DNA of 64,000 nucleotides from Escherichia phage LH2: sequence record OQ378934.1; one strand, given 5' to 3'. How positions within the stretch are numbered: position 1 is the first letter of the stretch; the number at the start of each line of letters is the position of its first letter. Of this stretch, positions 50,101 to 59,107 are shown one piece after another. The notes beneath the pieces were generated by a model, which was not told the origin of the DNA, did no database searches, and saw nothing but the letters and a program-made list of their open reading frames with translations. A program made the position numbers and the translations under genes.

Positions 50101-51019
50101 TTATAATGCGTAAACGCGCTTTATTATCCCCGTCAAACAATCTCCACAATTTCTCATTATCATCAAACATCAAGAAACCGTCAATCGTTGTACGGCCTTC
50201 AATGGAATGAGTTCCAACTTCTTGTATTGAAGTCGTTTCATCGTATGTAGTAACAATTGTATGATAAAGCGGATTTAGTTTATCTAAATCGACGAAATTA
50301 ATAATATCGCCATGATTAGCAAATCTTGGAAGTTTAACATTAATTGGTGCAGCAGAAGTAAATCTACGTACGATAAAATCGTTGGATTGCGCTTGATAAG
50401 TATTCGCTGGTGTTACAACTATAGCTTCTCTACTATAATCAGCAACATACATTTGCCACAGACGATTACTAAAAATTAAAACTAGCTGTGACTTTGGATG
50501 AGTCATTAGTACTGAACGTACTTGTTCACCTCTAAAGTTTACAATACTTTGCACTGGAGCTACAATTAAAACTTGGTTAACTCCAGGTTTTCCTCCAATA
50601 TCTTGGAGAATGATAGTATCACCATCAATTGGAGAAGACGGTAAAGTAAACGTAATGTCATTTCCAGCTGCAGTGTTAACCGAAATTGCTTCACCAGATT
50701 TTAATTGATATGAACCAGATGAAACCGTAATCCAGTTTGCATCGGTACGTAATGCTCTCCAGCGTCCGCTATTAAAAGCTCCTGCTGGTTTTGGAATATC
50801 ATTTATAGCAGCCCAAAAGCGGTTATCATAAATGATTACAAAATCTTTTAAATATCCACGAGTTGGATCATATTGTTGAACTGTATTTTCTTGAATTAAG
50901 TAATCAACGTTAACACCGTCAGTTCCTACGGTACGATCAGCTAAAGCTACGTTGATTATTTTATCACCACCTGCGTCCAGACCATCTTCTGCTCTGAACT
51001 TTCTTTTAATCTCGGCCAT
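47150..51019 (-). CDS. 34: long tail fibre proximal subunit gp34
   Basis: 1289 aa; recognised as T4 gp34. Confidence 0.93.
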   Translation of the reverse strand: MAEIKRKFRAEDGLDAGGDKIINVALADRTVGTDGVNVDYLIQENTVQQYDPTRGYLKDFVIIYDNRFWAAINDIPKPAGAFNSGRWRALRTDANWITVSSGSYQLKSGEAISVNTAAGNDITFTLPSSPIDGDTIILQDIGGKPGVNQVLIVAPVQSIVNFRGEQVRSVLMTHPKSQLVLIFSNRLWQMYVADYSREAIVVTPANTYQAQSNDFIVRRFTSAAPINVKLPRFANHGDIINFVDLDKLNPLYHTIVTTYDETTSIQEVGTHSIEGRTTIDGFLMFDDNEKLWRLFDGDNKARLRIITTNSNIRPNEEVMVFGANNGTAQTIELQLPTDISVGDTVKISMNYMRKGQTVKIKAAGEDKIASSVQLLQFPKRSEYPPETKWVTVQELVFNGETNYVPVLQLAYIEDSDGKYWVVQQNVPTVERVDSLNDSTRARLGVIALATQAQANVDLENSPQKELAITPETLANRTATETRRGIARIATTAQVNQNTTFSFADDLIITPKKLNERTATETRRGVAEIATQQETNAGTDDTTIITPKKLQARQGSESLSGIVTFVSTAGATPASSRELNGTNVYNKNTNNLVVSPKALDQYKATPTQQGAVILAVESEVIAGQSQQGWANAVVTPETLHKKTSTDGRIGLIEIATQAETNAGTDYTRAVTPKTLNDRRATESLSGIAEIATQVEFDAGVDDTRISTPLKIKTRFNSTDRTSVVALSGLVESGTLWDHYTLNILEANETQRGTLRVATQVEAAAGKLDNVLITPKKLLGTKSTEAQEGVIKVATQSETVTGTSANTAVSPKNLKWIVQSEPTWAATTAIRGFVKTSSGSITFVGNDTVGSTQPLESYEKNSYAVSPYELNRVLANYLPLKAKAADTNLLDGLDSSQFIRRDIAQTVNGSLTLTQQMNLSAPLVSSSTATFGGSVSANSTLTISNTGTATRLIFEKGPQTGTNPAQTMAIKVWGNQFGGGSDTARSTVFEVGDETSYHFYSQRNKDGNIAFSINGTVMPININASGLMNVNGVATFGRSVTANGEFTSKSANAFRAINGNYGFFIRNDGVSTYFMLTASGDQTGGFNGLRPLAINNASGQVTIGEGLIVAKGVTINSGGLTVNSRIRSQGNKTSDLYTRAPTSDTVGFWSIDINDSATYNQFPGYFKMVEKTNEVTGLPYLERGEEVKSPGTLTQFGNTLDSLYQDWITYPTTPEARTTRWTRTWQKTKNSWSSFVQVFDGGNPPQPSDIGALPSDNATMGNLTIRDFLRIGNVRIVPDPVNKSVKFEWVE

Positions 51020-51053
51020 TCTCCCGGGCTCCTATTGTGTTTTCAATAATAAG

Positions 51054-51061
51054 TATTTATA
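51054..51061 (-). promoter_or_regulatory. late promoter TATAAATA for gene 34
   Basis: Reverse complement of tatttata at 51054-51061, ~35 nt upstream of gene 34 start. Confidence 0.55.
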
Positions 51062-51064
51062 CTT

Positions 51065-51094
51065 GTTTACTTTAAGATTTGGATGGTATATAAT
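51065..51094 (+). promoter_or_regulatory. early promoter for rnh, divergent from the gene 34 late promoter
   Basis: gtttac 51065-51070, tggtatataat 51084-51094. Confidence 0.5.
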
Positions 51095-51123
51095 AGAAAT
51101 CTCACTAATTGAACGAGGTTCAT

Positions 51124-52041
51124 ATGGATTTAGAAATGATGTTGGATGAAGATTACAAAGAAGGAATCTGCTTAATTGACTTTAGTCAAATTGCGCTTTC
51201 AACTGCTCTGGTAAACTTCCCAGATAAAGAAAAAATTAATTTATCAATGGTTCGTCATTTGATATTGAACTCAATTAAGTTTAATGTCAAAAAAGCAAAA
51301 ACTCTTGGATACACTAAAATTGTATTGTGTATTGATAACGCGAAATCTGGATACTGGCGTCGTGATTTCGCTTATTACTATAAGAAAAACCGCGGAAAAG
51401 CACGAGAAGAATCTACTTGGGACTGGGAAGGTTATTTTGAATCCAGCCATAAAGTTATAGATGAATTGAAAGCTTATATGCCATACATTGTTATGGATAT
51501 TGATAAGTATGAAGCAGATGACCACATTGCTGTTCTTGTTAAAAAGTTCTCTTTAGAAGGACATAAAATTTTAATCATTTCGTCGGATGGTGACTTTACT
51601 CAACTTCACAAATACCCAAATGTTAAGCAATGGTCACCGATGCACAAGAAATGGGTTAAAATTAAAAGCGGTTCTGCTGAAATTGACTGTATGACTAAAA
51701 TCCTTAAAGGCGACAAAAAGGATAACGTTGCTTCAGTTAAAGTACGATCTGACTTTTGGTTTACCAAAGTTGAAGGTGAACGAACTCCTTCAATGAAAAC
51801 TTCAATCGTTGAAGCTATTGCTAATGATCGTGAGCAAGCTAAGGTGCTTCTCACAGAATCTGAATATAATCGTTATAAAGAAAATTTAGTTCTAATTGAT
51901 TTTGATTATATTCCTGATAATATTGCTTCAAACATTGTGAATTACTATAATTCATATAAATTACCACCGCGTGGCAAAATTTATTCATATTTTGTAAAAG
52001 CGGGTCTTTCTAAATTAACTAATAGCATTAATGAATTTTGA
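51124..52041 (+). CDS. rnh: RNase H (5'-3' exonuclease, FEN-like)
   Basis: ATG 51124; 305 aa; MDLEMMLDEDYKEGICLIDF... recognised as T4 RNase H. Confidence 0.93.
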   Translation: MDLEMMLDEDYKEGICLIDFSQIALSTALVNFPDKEKINLSMVRHLILNSIKFNVKKAKTLGYTKIVLCIDNAKSGYWRRDFAYYYKKNRGKAREESTWDWEGYFESSHKVIDELKAYMPYIVMDIDKYEADDHIAVLVKKFSLEGHKILIISSDGDFTQLHKYPNVKQWSPMHKKWVKIKSGSAEIDCMTKILKGDKKDNVASVKVRSDFWFTKVEGERTPSMKTSIVEAIANDREQAKVLLTESEYNRYKENLVLIDFDYIPDNIASNIVNYYNSYKLPPRGKIYSYFVKAGLSKLTNSINEF

Positions 52042-52049
52042 GGTGAATA

Positions 52050-52319
52050 ATGGCTAAAAAAGAAATGGTTGAATTTGATGAAGCTATCCATGGCGAAGAC
52101 TTAGCTAAATTTATTAAAGAAGCATCTGATCATAAACTGAAAATTTCCGGTTATAATGAACTGATTAAAGATATTCGAATTCGTGCTAAAGATGAACTTG
52201 GTGTTGATGGTAAGATGTTTAATCGTCTATTAGCTTTGTATCATAAAGATAACCGTGATGTGTTTGAAGCTGAAACTGAAGAGGTAGTTGAACTTTATGA
52301 CACAGTTTTCTCTAAATGA
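52050..52319 (+). CDS. dsbA: dsDNA-binding protein DsbA
   Basis: 89 aa; position between rnh and 33 as in T4. Confidence 0.8.
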   Translation: MAKKEMVEFDEAIHGEDLAKFIKEASDHKLKISGYNELIKDIRIRAKDELGVDGKMFNRLLALYHKDNRDVFEAETEEVVELYDTVFSK

Positions 52320-52635
52320 TATTCGTCCGGTCGATGAGACCGGTCTTTCAGAAAAAGAACTTTCAATTAAGAAAGAAAAGGATGAAATAGCAAAGCTTCT
52401 TGATCGTCAAGAAAATGGATTTATTATTGAAAAAATGGTAGAAGAGTTTGGAATGAGTTATCTTGAAGCTACGACAGCATTCTTGGAAGAAAACTCTATT
52501 CCTGAAACTCAATTTGCTAAATTTATTCCTTCGGGTATAATTGAAAAAATTCAGTCAGAAGCTATCGACGAAAATCTTTTACGTCCTTCTGTTGTTCGTT
52601 GTGAAAAAACTAATACATTAGATTTTCTACTATGA
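52297..52635 (+). CDS. 33: late transcription co-activator gp33
   Basis: ATG 52297; 112 aa; MTQFSLNDIRP... Confidence 0.85.
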   Translation: MTQFSLNDIRPVDETGLSEKELSIKKEKDEIAKLLDRQENGFIIEKMVEEFGMSYLEATTAFLEENSIPETQFAKFIPSGIIEKIQSEAIDENLLRPSVVRCEKTNTLDFLL

Positions 52636-53285
52636 TTAAACTCCGCATGCCTGCTGGTGGTGAAAGATATATTGATGGTAAATCAGTTTATAAATTATAC
52701 TTAATGATAAAACAACATATGAATGGAAAGTATGATGTAATTAAGTATAATTGGTGCATGCGGGTGTCTGATGCCGCTTATCAAAAGCGAAGGGATAAGT
52801 ATTTTTTCCAGAAGTTATCAGAAAAATATAAATTAAAGGAACTTGCTTTAATCTTTATAAGTAATTTGGTTGCTAACCAAGATGCTTGGATTGGTGACAT
52901 CTCTGACGCTGATGCACTTGTGTTTTATCGTGAATATATCGGACGCTTAAAGCAAATTAAATTTAAGTTTGAAGAAGATATTCGCAATATTTACTATTTT
53001 AGTAAAAAAGTTGAAGTTTCTGCTTTTAAAGAAATCTTTGAATATAATCCAAAGGTTCAGTCAAGTTATATTTTTAAACTACTTCAATCGAATATAATTT
53101 CGTTTGAGACGTTTATCTTGCTTGATTCGTTTTTAAATATAATTGATAAACATGATGAACAGACTGATAATTTAGTCTGGAATAATTATTCTATAAAGTT
53201 AAAGGCTTATAGAAAAATTTTAAATATTGATTCACAGAAAGCTAAAAATGTTTTCATTGAAACTGTGAAATCTTGTAAGTATTAA
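52632..53285 (+). CDS. 59: helicase loader gp59
   Basis: 217 aa; recognised as T4 gp59. Confidence 0.9.
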   Translation: MIKLRMPAGGERYIDGKSVYKLYLMIKQHMNGKYDVIKYNWCMRVSDAAYQKRRDKYFFQKLSEKYKLKELALIFISNLVANQDAWIGDISDADALVFYREYIGRLKQIKFKFEEDIRNIYYFSKKVEVSAFKEIFEYNPKVQSSYIFKLLQSNIISFETFILLDSFLNIIDKHDEQTDNLVWNNYSIKLKAYRKILNIDSQKAKNVFIETVKSCKY

Positions 53286-53384
53286 TTGCTTATTATAAAT
53301 AGATTATAATTATCTCACTGACCAGCTATGAGGTCATACATCGTCATAGCACCAACTGTTAATTAAATTAAAAAGGAAATAAAA

Positions 53385-54290
53385 ATGTTTAAACGTAAAT
53401 CTACTGCTGAACTCGCTGCGCAAATGGCTAAACTGAATGGCAATAAAGGTTTTTCTTCTGAAGATAAAGGCGAGTGGAAACTGAAACTCGATAATGCGGG
53501 TAACGGTCAAGCAGTAATTCGTTTTCTTCCGTCTAAAAATGATGAACAAGCACCATTCGCAATTCTTGTAAATCACGGTTTCAAGAAAAATGGTAAATGG
53601 TATATTGAAACATGTTCATCTACCCACGGTGATTACGATTCTTGCCCAGTATGTCAGTACATCAGTAAAAATGATTTGTACAACACTGACAATAAAGAGT
53701 ACGGTCTTGTTAAACGTAAAACTTCTTACTGGGCTAACATTCTTGTAGTAAAAGACCCAGCTGCTCCAGAAAATGAAGGTAAAGTATTTAAATACCGTTT
53801 CGGTAAGAAAATCTGGGATAAAATCAACGCGATGATTGCGGTTGATGTTGAAATGGGTGAAACTCCGGTTGATGTAACTTGTCCGTGGGAAGGTGCTAAC
53901 TTTGTACTGAAAGTTAAACAGGTTTCTGGATTTAGTAACTACGATGAATCTAAATTCCTGAATCAATCTGCGATTCCAAACATTGACGATAAATCTTTCC
54001 AGAAAGAACTGTTCGAACAAATGGTTGACCTTTCTGAAATGACTTCTAAAGATAAATTCAAATCATTTGAAGAACTGAGCACTAAATTCGGTCAAGTCAT
54101 GGGAACTGCTGTGATGGGCGGTGCCGCTGCAACTGCTGCTAAGAAAGCTGATAAAGTTGCTGATGATTTGGATGCATTCAATGTTGATGACTTCAAAACA
54201 AAAACTGAAGATGATTTTATGAGCTCAAGCTCTGGCAGTTCATCTAGTGCTGATGACACGGACCTGGATGACCTTTTGAATGACCTTTAA
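53385..54290 (+). CDS. 32: ssDNA-binding protein gp32
   Basis: 301 aa; zinc site and acidic Ser/Asp-rich C-terminus; recognised as T4 gp32. Confidence 0.96.
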
Positions 54291-54312
54291 TAGATTATAT
54301 TACTAATTAATC

Positions 54313-54339
54313 GGGGACCTCTAGGGTCCCCTTTTTTTA
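54313..54339 (+). terminator. rho-independent terminator after gene 32
   Basis: ggggacc-tctag-ggtcccc then ttttttt. Confidence 0.7.
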
Positions 54340-54363
54340 TTTCAAAAATTTTTTCACAAAACT

Positions 54364-54393
54364 GTTTACATCCTTGTCCTTCCGTGGTACTAT
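54364..54393 (+). promoter_or_regulatory. early promoter (repeated cassette copy)
   Basis: gtttac 54364-54369, tggtactat; same upstream atttcaaaaattttttcacaaaac block as at 36950. Confidence 0.5.
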
Positions 54394-54436
54394 ACAACTA
54401 TCGGCAATACTGCTGATAGTTAAAGAGGAAAATAAT

Positions 54437-54664
54437 ATGGCTAAAGTTGATATTGACATCGTTGATTTTGAATATATTGAAGAAATTATTCGTAATCGTT
54501 ATCCTGAACTTAGTATCACAAGCGTGCAAGATTCTAAGTTTTGGAGTATTCAAATCGTTATTGAAGGTCCTCTTGAAGACCTCACCCGTTTTATGGCTAA
54601 TGAATATTGTGATGGCATGGATTCTGAAGACGCAGAATTTTACATGGGACTGATTGAACAATAA
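54437..54664 (+). CDS. hypothetical protein
   Basis: ATG 54437 with agagga RBS; 75 aa. Confidence 0.5.
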   Translation: MAKVDIDIVDFEYIEEIIRNRYPELSITSVQDSKFWSIQIVIEGPLEDLTRFMANEYCDGMDSEDAEFYMGLIEQ

Positions 54665-54709
54665 TTATCAAGGGGCTATTACAGTCCCGTTAAAATGAGG
54701 AAAATCAAA

Positions 54710-55096
54710 ATGGAAATCGGCAAAAAATATGAGTTAAATCCACACCGTATTAAATCTTTCATTGATATTAGTTCATCAAATGCTAATATGGTCAGCATCA
54801 TTCAAGAAAATGGCGGTTGGTTTGAAGTTAAATCAATATCAAGTTTAGATGGCTTTGATTATGTAACTGAAATCATTTGTGCTAATGGCGAAATCTATTA
54901 TAATGATGGCATAGGTGATGATTATTTTGAACTTAGTGAAGAAGAGTTTTATTGTTTCCGCGAGTATAAAGAACCGACTTCTGAAGAAGATGAAGTCGAA
55001 GACAAGATTTCTGGCGTAACAAAAATTCACTGCATTGTAGACGAAAACAATGTAGATGAAATCATTGAACTTTTGCGAAAAACTTTCAAAAAGTAG
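54710..55096 (+). CDS. hypothetical protein
   Basis: ATG 54710 with gagga RBS; 128 aa. Confidence 0.5.
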   Translation: MEIGKKYELNPHRIKSFIDISSSNANMVSIIQENGGWFEVKSISSLDGFDYVTEIICANGEIYYNDGIGDDYFELSEEEFYCFREYKEPTSEEDEVEDKISGVTKIHCIVDENNVDEIIELLRKTFKK

Positions 55097-55150
55097 TTTA
55101 CAGCAGGGTAGTAGTGTGATACTATTACCCTATCAACTAAGGAGAATAAA

Positions 55151-55393
55151 ATGAGATTACAACGTCAGAGCATTAAAGATTCAGAAGTTAGAGGTAAATG
55201 GTATTTTAATATCATCGGTAAAGATTCTGAACTTGTTGAAAAAGCTGAACGTCTTTTGCGTGATATGGGATGGGAAGATGAATGCGATGGATGCCCTCTT
55301 TATGAGGATGGAGAAAGCGCAGGATTCTGGATTTACCATTCTGACGTTGAACAGTTTAAAGCTGATTGGAAAATTGTGAAAAAGTCTGTTTGA
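55151..55393 (+). CDS. hypothetical protein
   Basis: 80 aa ORF after early promoter. Confidence 0.5.
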   Translation: MRLQRQSIKDSEVRGKWYFNIIGKDSELVEKAERLLRDMGWEDECDGCPLYEDGESAGFWIYHSDVEQFKADWKIVKKSV

Positions 55394-56186
<793 letters not shown>

Positions 56187-56187
<1 letters not shown>

Positions 56188-56735
56188 TGAAACAATACCA
56201 ATTTTTAATTAAAGATATCCTGGAAAACGGTTATGAAACCGATGACCGAACAGGCACAGGAACAATTGCTTTGTTCGGTACTAAATTACGCTGGGATTTA
56301 ACTAAAGGTTTTCCTGCAGTAACGACTAAGAAGCTTGCCTGGAAAGCTTGCATTGCTGAGCTCCTTTGGTTTTTATCAGGAAGCACAAATGTTAATGATT
56401 TACGATTAATTCAACACGATTCATTAATTCAAGGCAAAACAGTCTGGGATGAAAATTACGAAAATCAAGCAAAAGATTTAGGATATCATAGCGGTGAACT
56501 TGGTCCAATTTATGGAAAACAGTGGCGTGATTTTGGCGGTGTAGACCAAATTGTAGAAGTTGTTGATCGTATTAAAAAACTGCCAAATGATAGACGTCAA
56601 ATTGTTTCAGCATGGAATCCGGCAGAACTCAAGCAGATGGCATTGCCACCTTGTCATATGTTCTATCAGTTTAATGTGCGTAATGGCTATTTGGATTTGC
56701 AGTGGTATCAACGATCAGTAGATGTTTTCTTGGGT
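56187..56735 (+). CDS. td: thymidylate synthase Td, exon 1
   Basis: MKQYQ... to ...SVDVFLG; exon ends at U 56735 before intron. Confidence 0.93.
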
Positions 56736-57751
56736 TAATTTAGGCCTGAGTATAAGGTGACTTATACTTGTAATCTATCTAAACGGGGAACCTCTCTAGT
56801 AGACAATCCCGTGCTAAATTGTAGGACTACCCTTTAATAAATACTTCTATATTTAAAGAGGTATTTATGAAAAGTGGAATTTATCAGATTAAAAATACTT
56901 TAAACAATAAAGTATATGTAGGAAGTGCTAAAGATTTTGAAAAGAGATGGAAGAGGCATTTTAAAGACTTAGAAAAAGGATGCCATTCTTCTATAAAACT
57001 TCAAAGGTCTTTTAACAAACACGGTAATGTGTTTGAATGCTCTATTTTGGAAGAAATTCCATATGAGAAAGATTTGATTATTGAACGAGAAAATTTTTGG
57101 ATTAAAGAGCTTAATTCTAAAATTAATGGATACAATATTGCTGATGCAACGTTTGGTGATACATATTCTGTACATCCATTAAAAGAAGAAATTATTAAGA
57201 AACGCTCTGAAACTGTTAAAGTTAAGATGCTTAAGCTTGGCTCTGATGGTCGGAAAGCTCTTTACGGTAAACCCGGAAGCAAAAATGGGCGTTGGAATCC
57301 AGAAACCCATAAGTTTTGTGAATGTGGGGTTCGTATACAAACTTCTGCTTATACTTGTAGTAAATGCAGAAATCGTTCAGGTGAAAATAATTCATTCTTT
57401 AATCATAAGCATTCAGACAAAACTAAATCTAAAATATCAGAAAAAATGAAAGGTAAAAAGCCTAATAATATTAAAAAGATTTCATGTGATGGGATTATTT
57501 TTGAATGTGCAGCTGATGCAGCTAGATATTTTGAAATTTCATCCGGATTAGTTACTTACCGTGTAAAATCTGATAAGTGGAATTGGTTCTACATAAATGC
57601 CTAACGACTATCCCTTTAGGGAGTAGGGTCAAGTGACTCGAAACGATAGACAACTTGCTTTAGCAAGTTGGAGATATAGTCTGCTCTGCATGGTGACATG
57701 CAGCTGGATATAATTCCGGGATAAGATTAACGACCTTATCTGAACATAATG
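56736..57751 (+). mobile_element. td group I self-splicing intron (1016 nt)
   Basis: Interrupts td between ...DVFLG and LPFNIASYA...; exactly 1016 nt as the T4 td intron; contains I-TevI ORF. Confidence 0.9.
56867..57604 (+). CDS. I-TevI: intron-encoded GIY-YIG homing endonuclease I-TevI
   Basis: 245 aa; MKSGIYQIKNTLNNKVYVGSA... GIY-YIG domain, zinc finger and C-terminal HTH. Confidence 0.93.
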   Translation: MKSGIYQIKNTLNNKVYVGSAKDFEKRWKRHFKDLEKGCHSSIKLQRSFNKHGNVFECSILEEIPYEKDLIIERENFWIKELNSKINGYNIADATFGDTYSVHPLKEEIIKKRSETVKVKMLKLGSDGRKALYGKPGSKNGRWNPETHKFCECGVRIQTSAYTCSKCRNRSGENNSFFNHKHSDKTKSKISEKMKGKKPNNIKKISCDGIIFECAADAARYFEISSGLVTYRVKSDKWNWFYINA

Positions 57752-58063
57752 CTTCCATTCAACATTGCCTCGTACGCTGCCTTGACGCATATTGTAGCTA
57801 AGATGTGTAATCTTATTCCAGGAGATTTGATATTTTCTGGTGGTAATACTCATATCTATATGAATCACGTAGAACAATGTAAAGAAATTTTACGTCGTGA
57901 ACCTATGGATTTATGTGAATTACAATTAAAATTTCCAGATGAATTTGATGAATGGGGCACAGAATCTCAGGTATTTTGGTTGAGTCAATTCGCAAAGCCA
58001 CATAATTTTGTTCTTAACAACTATGTATCTCATCCGCCAATTAAAGGAAAGATGGCGGTGTAA
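57752..58063 (+). CDS. td: thymidylate synthase Td, exon 2
   Basis: Resumes LPFNIASYAALTHIVAKMC...; exon 1 plus exon 2 = 286 aa. Confidence 0.93.
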   Translation, partial: LPFNIASYAALTHIVAKMCNLIPGDLIFSGGNTHIYMNHVEQCKEILRREPMDLCELQLKFPDEFDEWGTESQVFWLSQFAKPHNFVLNNYVSHPPIKGKMAV

Positions 58064-58086
58064 TTTTAATTTAATTGAGAGGATAT

Positions 58087-58332
58087 ATGATTTTACGATT
58101 TAAGGATACTTCTGGTGTCGTTCTTTTTACACTTCCTAATCCAAGTGAACTGGAAGTTCCAGGGCCAGAACAGCCTATTATCATTTATGGCAAAAAATAT
58201 TATACTCATAAAATGACTCGTGAGTATTTTGATAATAAAATTTCTACAGTTAAAACTTCTTCTGATTGTTATTATGATATTACTGTTTTAACGGAAAAAC
58301 AATATGACGAATGCAGAACTTTAGCAGTATAA
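58087..58332 (+). CDS. hypothetical protein
   Basis: ATG 58087 with gagagga RBS; 81 aa. Confidence 0.45.
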   Translation: MILRFKDTSGVVLFTLPNPSELEVPGPEQPIIIYGKKYYTHKMTREYFDNKISTVKTSSDCYYDITVLTEKQYDECRTLAV

Positions 58333-59052
58333 ATATGATTCCCAGCAATCTAGAGCGCATCTTTTAGATATAAGTTTTCTGCTTATTCCGGTTTGACGCA
58401 CAGCTTCTGCTATTGTTGGATATTCTACCCCATCTATACTTACTCTTAGATGGGGTTTCTTTTTACCTCTTTGCGAGTCAGAAATTCGTTTTCTAACTTC
58501 ATTGGTATGTGTCTGTCCATAATATGGGTTATTGATGCCTTTCATATTAAGTGCAGCGTTTCTTTCTTGGAACTTTTTGCTTATTTCTATAGCACGATCT
58601 AACCCATAGTGTTCTTCTATAGTTTTACCTTTGATATCTCTAGGTCTACCATGTTTTTGCTTAAGTTCTTCTGGTGATAATTTTGAATTATTATTTTTAA
58701 TTGCATTTGAAATTTTATTAAGGATTTCTTTCTTTCTTGGGTGATGAGATAAGGTATCCCCAAACGATGCGTCTGCTATATTATACCCATTTTCCTTTGA
58801 GTCATATTCATGCATCCAATAATTTTCACGTTCAATAATGATAGATTTTTCGTATGGAAGTTCTTCTATGATTTTACATACGAAAGCATCTTTCCCATGC
58901 TTATTATAAGAACGCTGCAGCTTTATTGAATGATGATTTCCATTATCTAAATCTTTAAAGTGTCGTTTCCATCGTTCTTCAAAATTAATTGCACTTCCTA
59001 TATAGTGCTTATTGGTTTTAGTGTTTATAATAGCATATATTCCAGATTTCAT
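58321..59052 (-). CDS. free-standing GIY-YIG endonuclease, I-TevI paralogue (antisense)
   Basis: 243 aa; N-terminal ~115 aa closely parallel to I-TevI ([21 protein letters not shown]...RWKRHFKDL...NGYNIADA); SD aggaga; late promoter upstream. Confidence 0.75.
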   Translation of the reverse strand: MKSGIYAIINTKTNKHYIGSAINFEERWKRHFKDLDNGNHHSIKLQRSYNKHGKDAFVCKIIEELPYEKSIIIERENYWMHEYDSKENGYNIADASFGDTLSHHPRKKEILNKISNAIKNNNSKLSPEELKQKHGRPRDIKGKTIEEHYGLDRAIEISKKFQERNAALNMKGINNPYYGQTHTNEVRKRISDSQRGKKKPHLRVSIDGVEYPTIAEAVRQTGISRKLISKRCALDCWESYLYC

Positions 59053-59074
59053 TATATTCTCCTATATAAAATTA

Positions 59075-59082
59075 TATTTATA
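59075..59082 (-). promoter_or_regulatory. late promoter TATAAATA for antisense GIY-YIG gene
   Basis: Reverse complement of tatttata at 59075-59082, ~23 nt upstream of the minus-strand ATG. Confidence 0.5.
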
Positions 59083-59107
59083 TGGGGTAACTTACTATAG
59101 AGGACTT

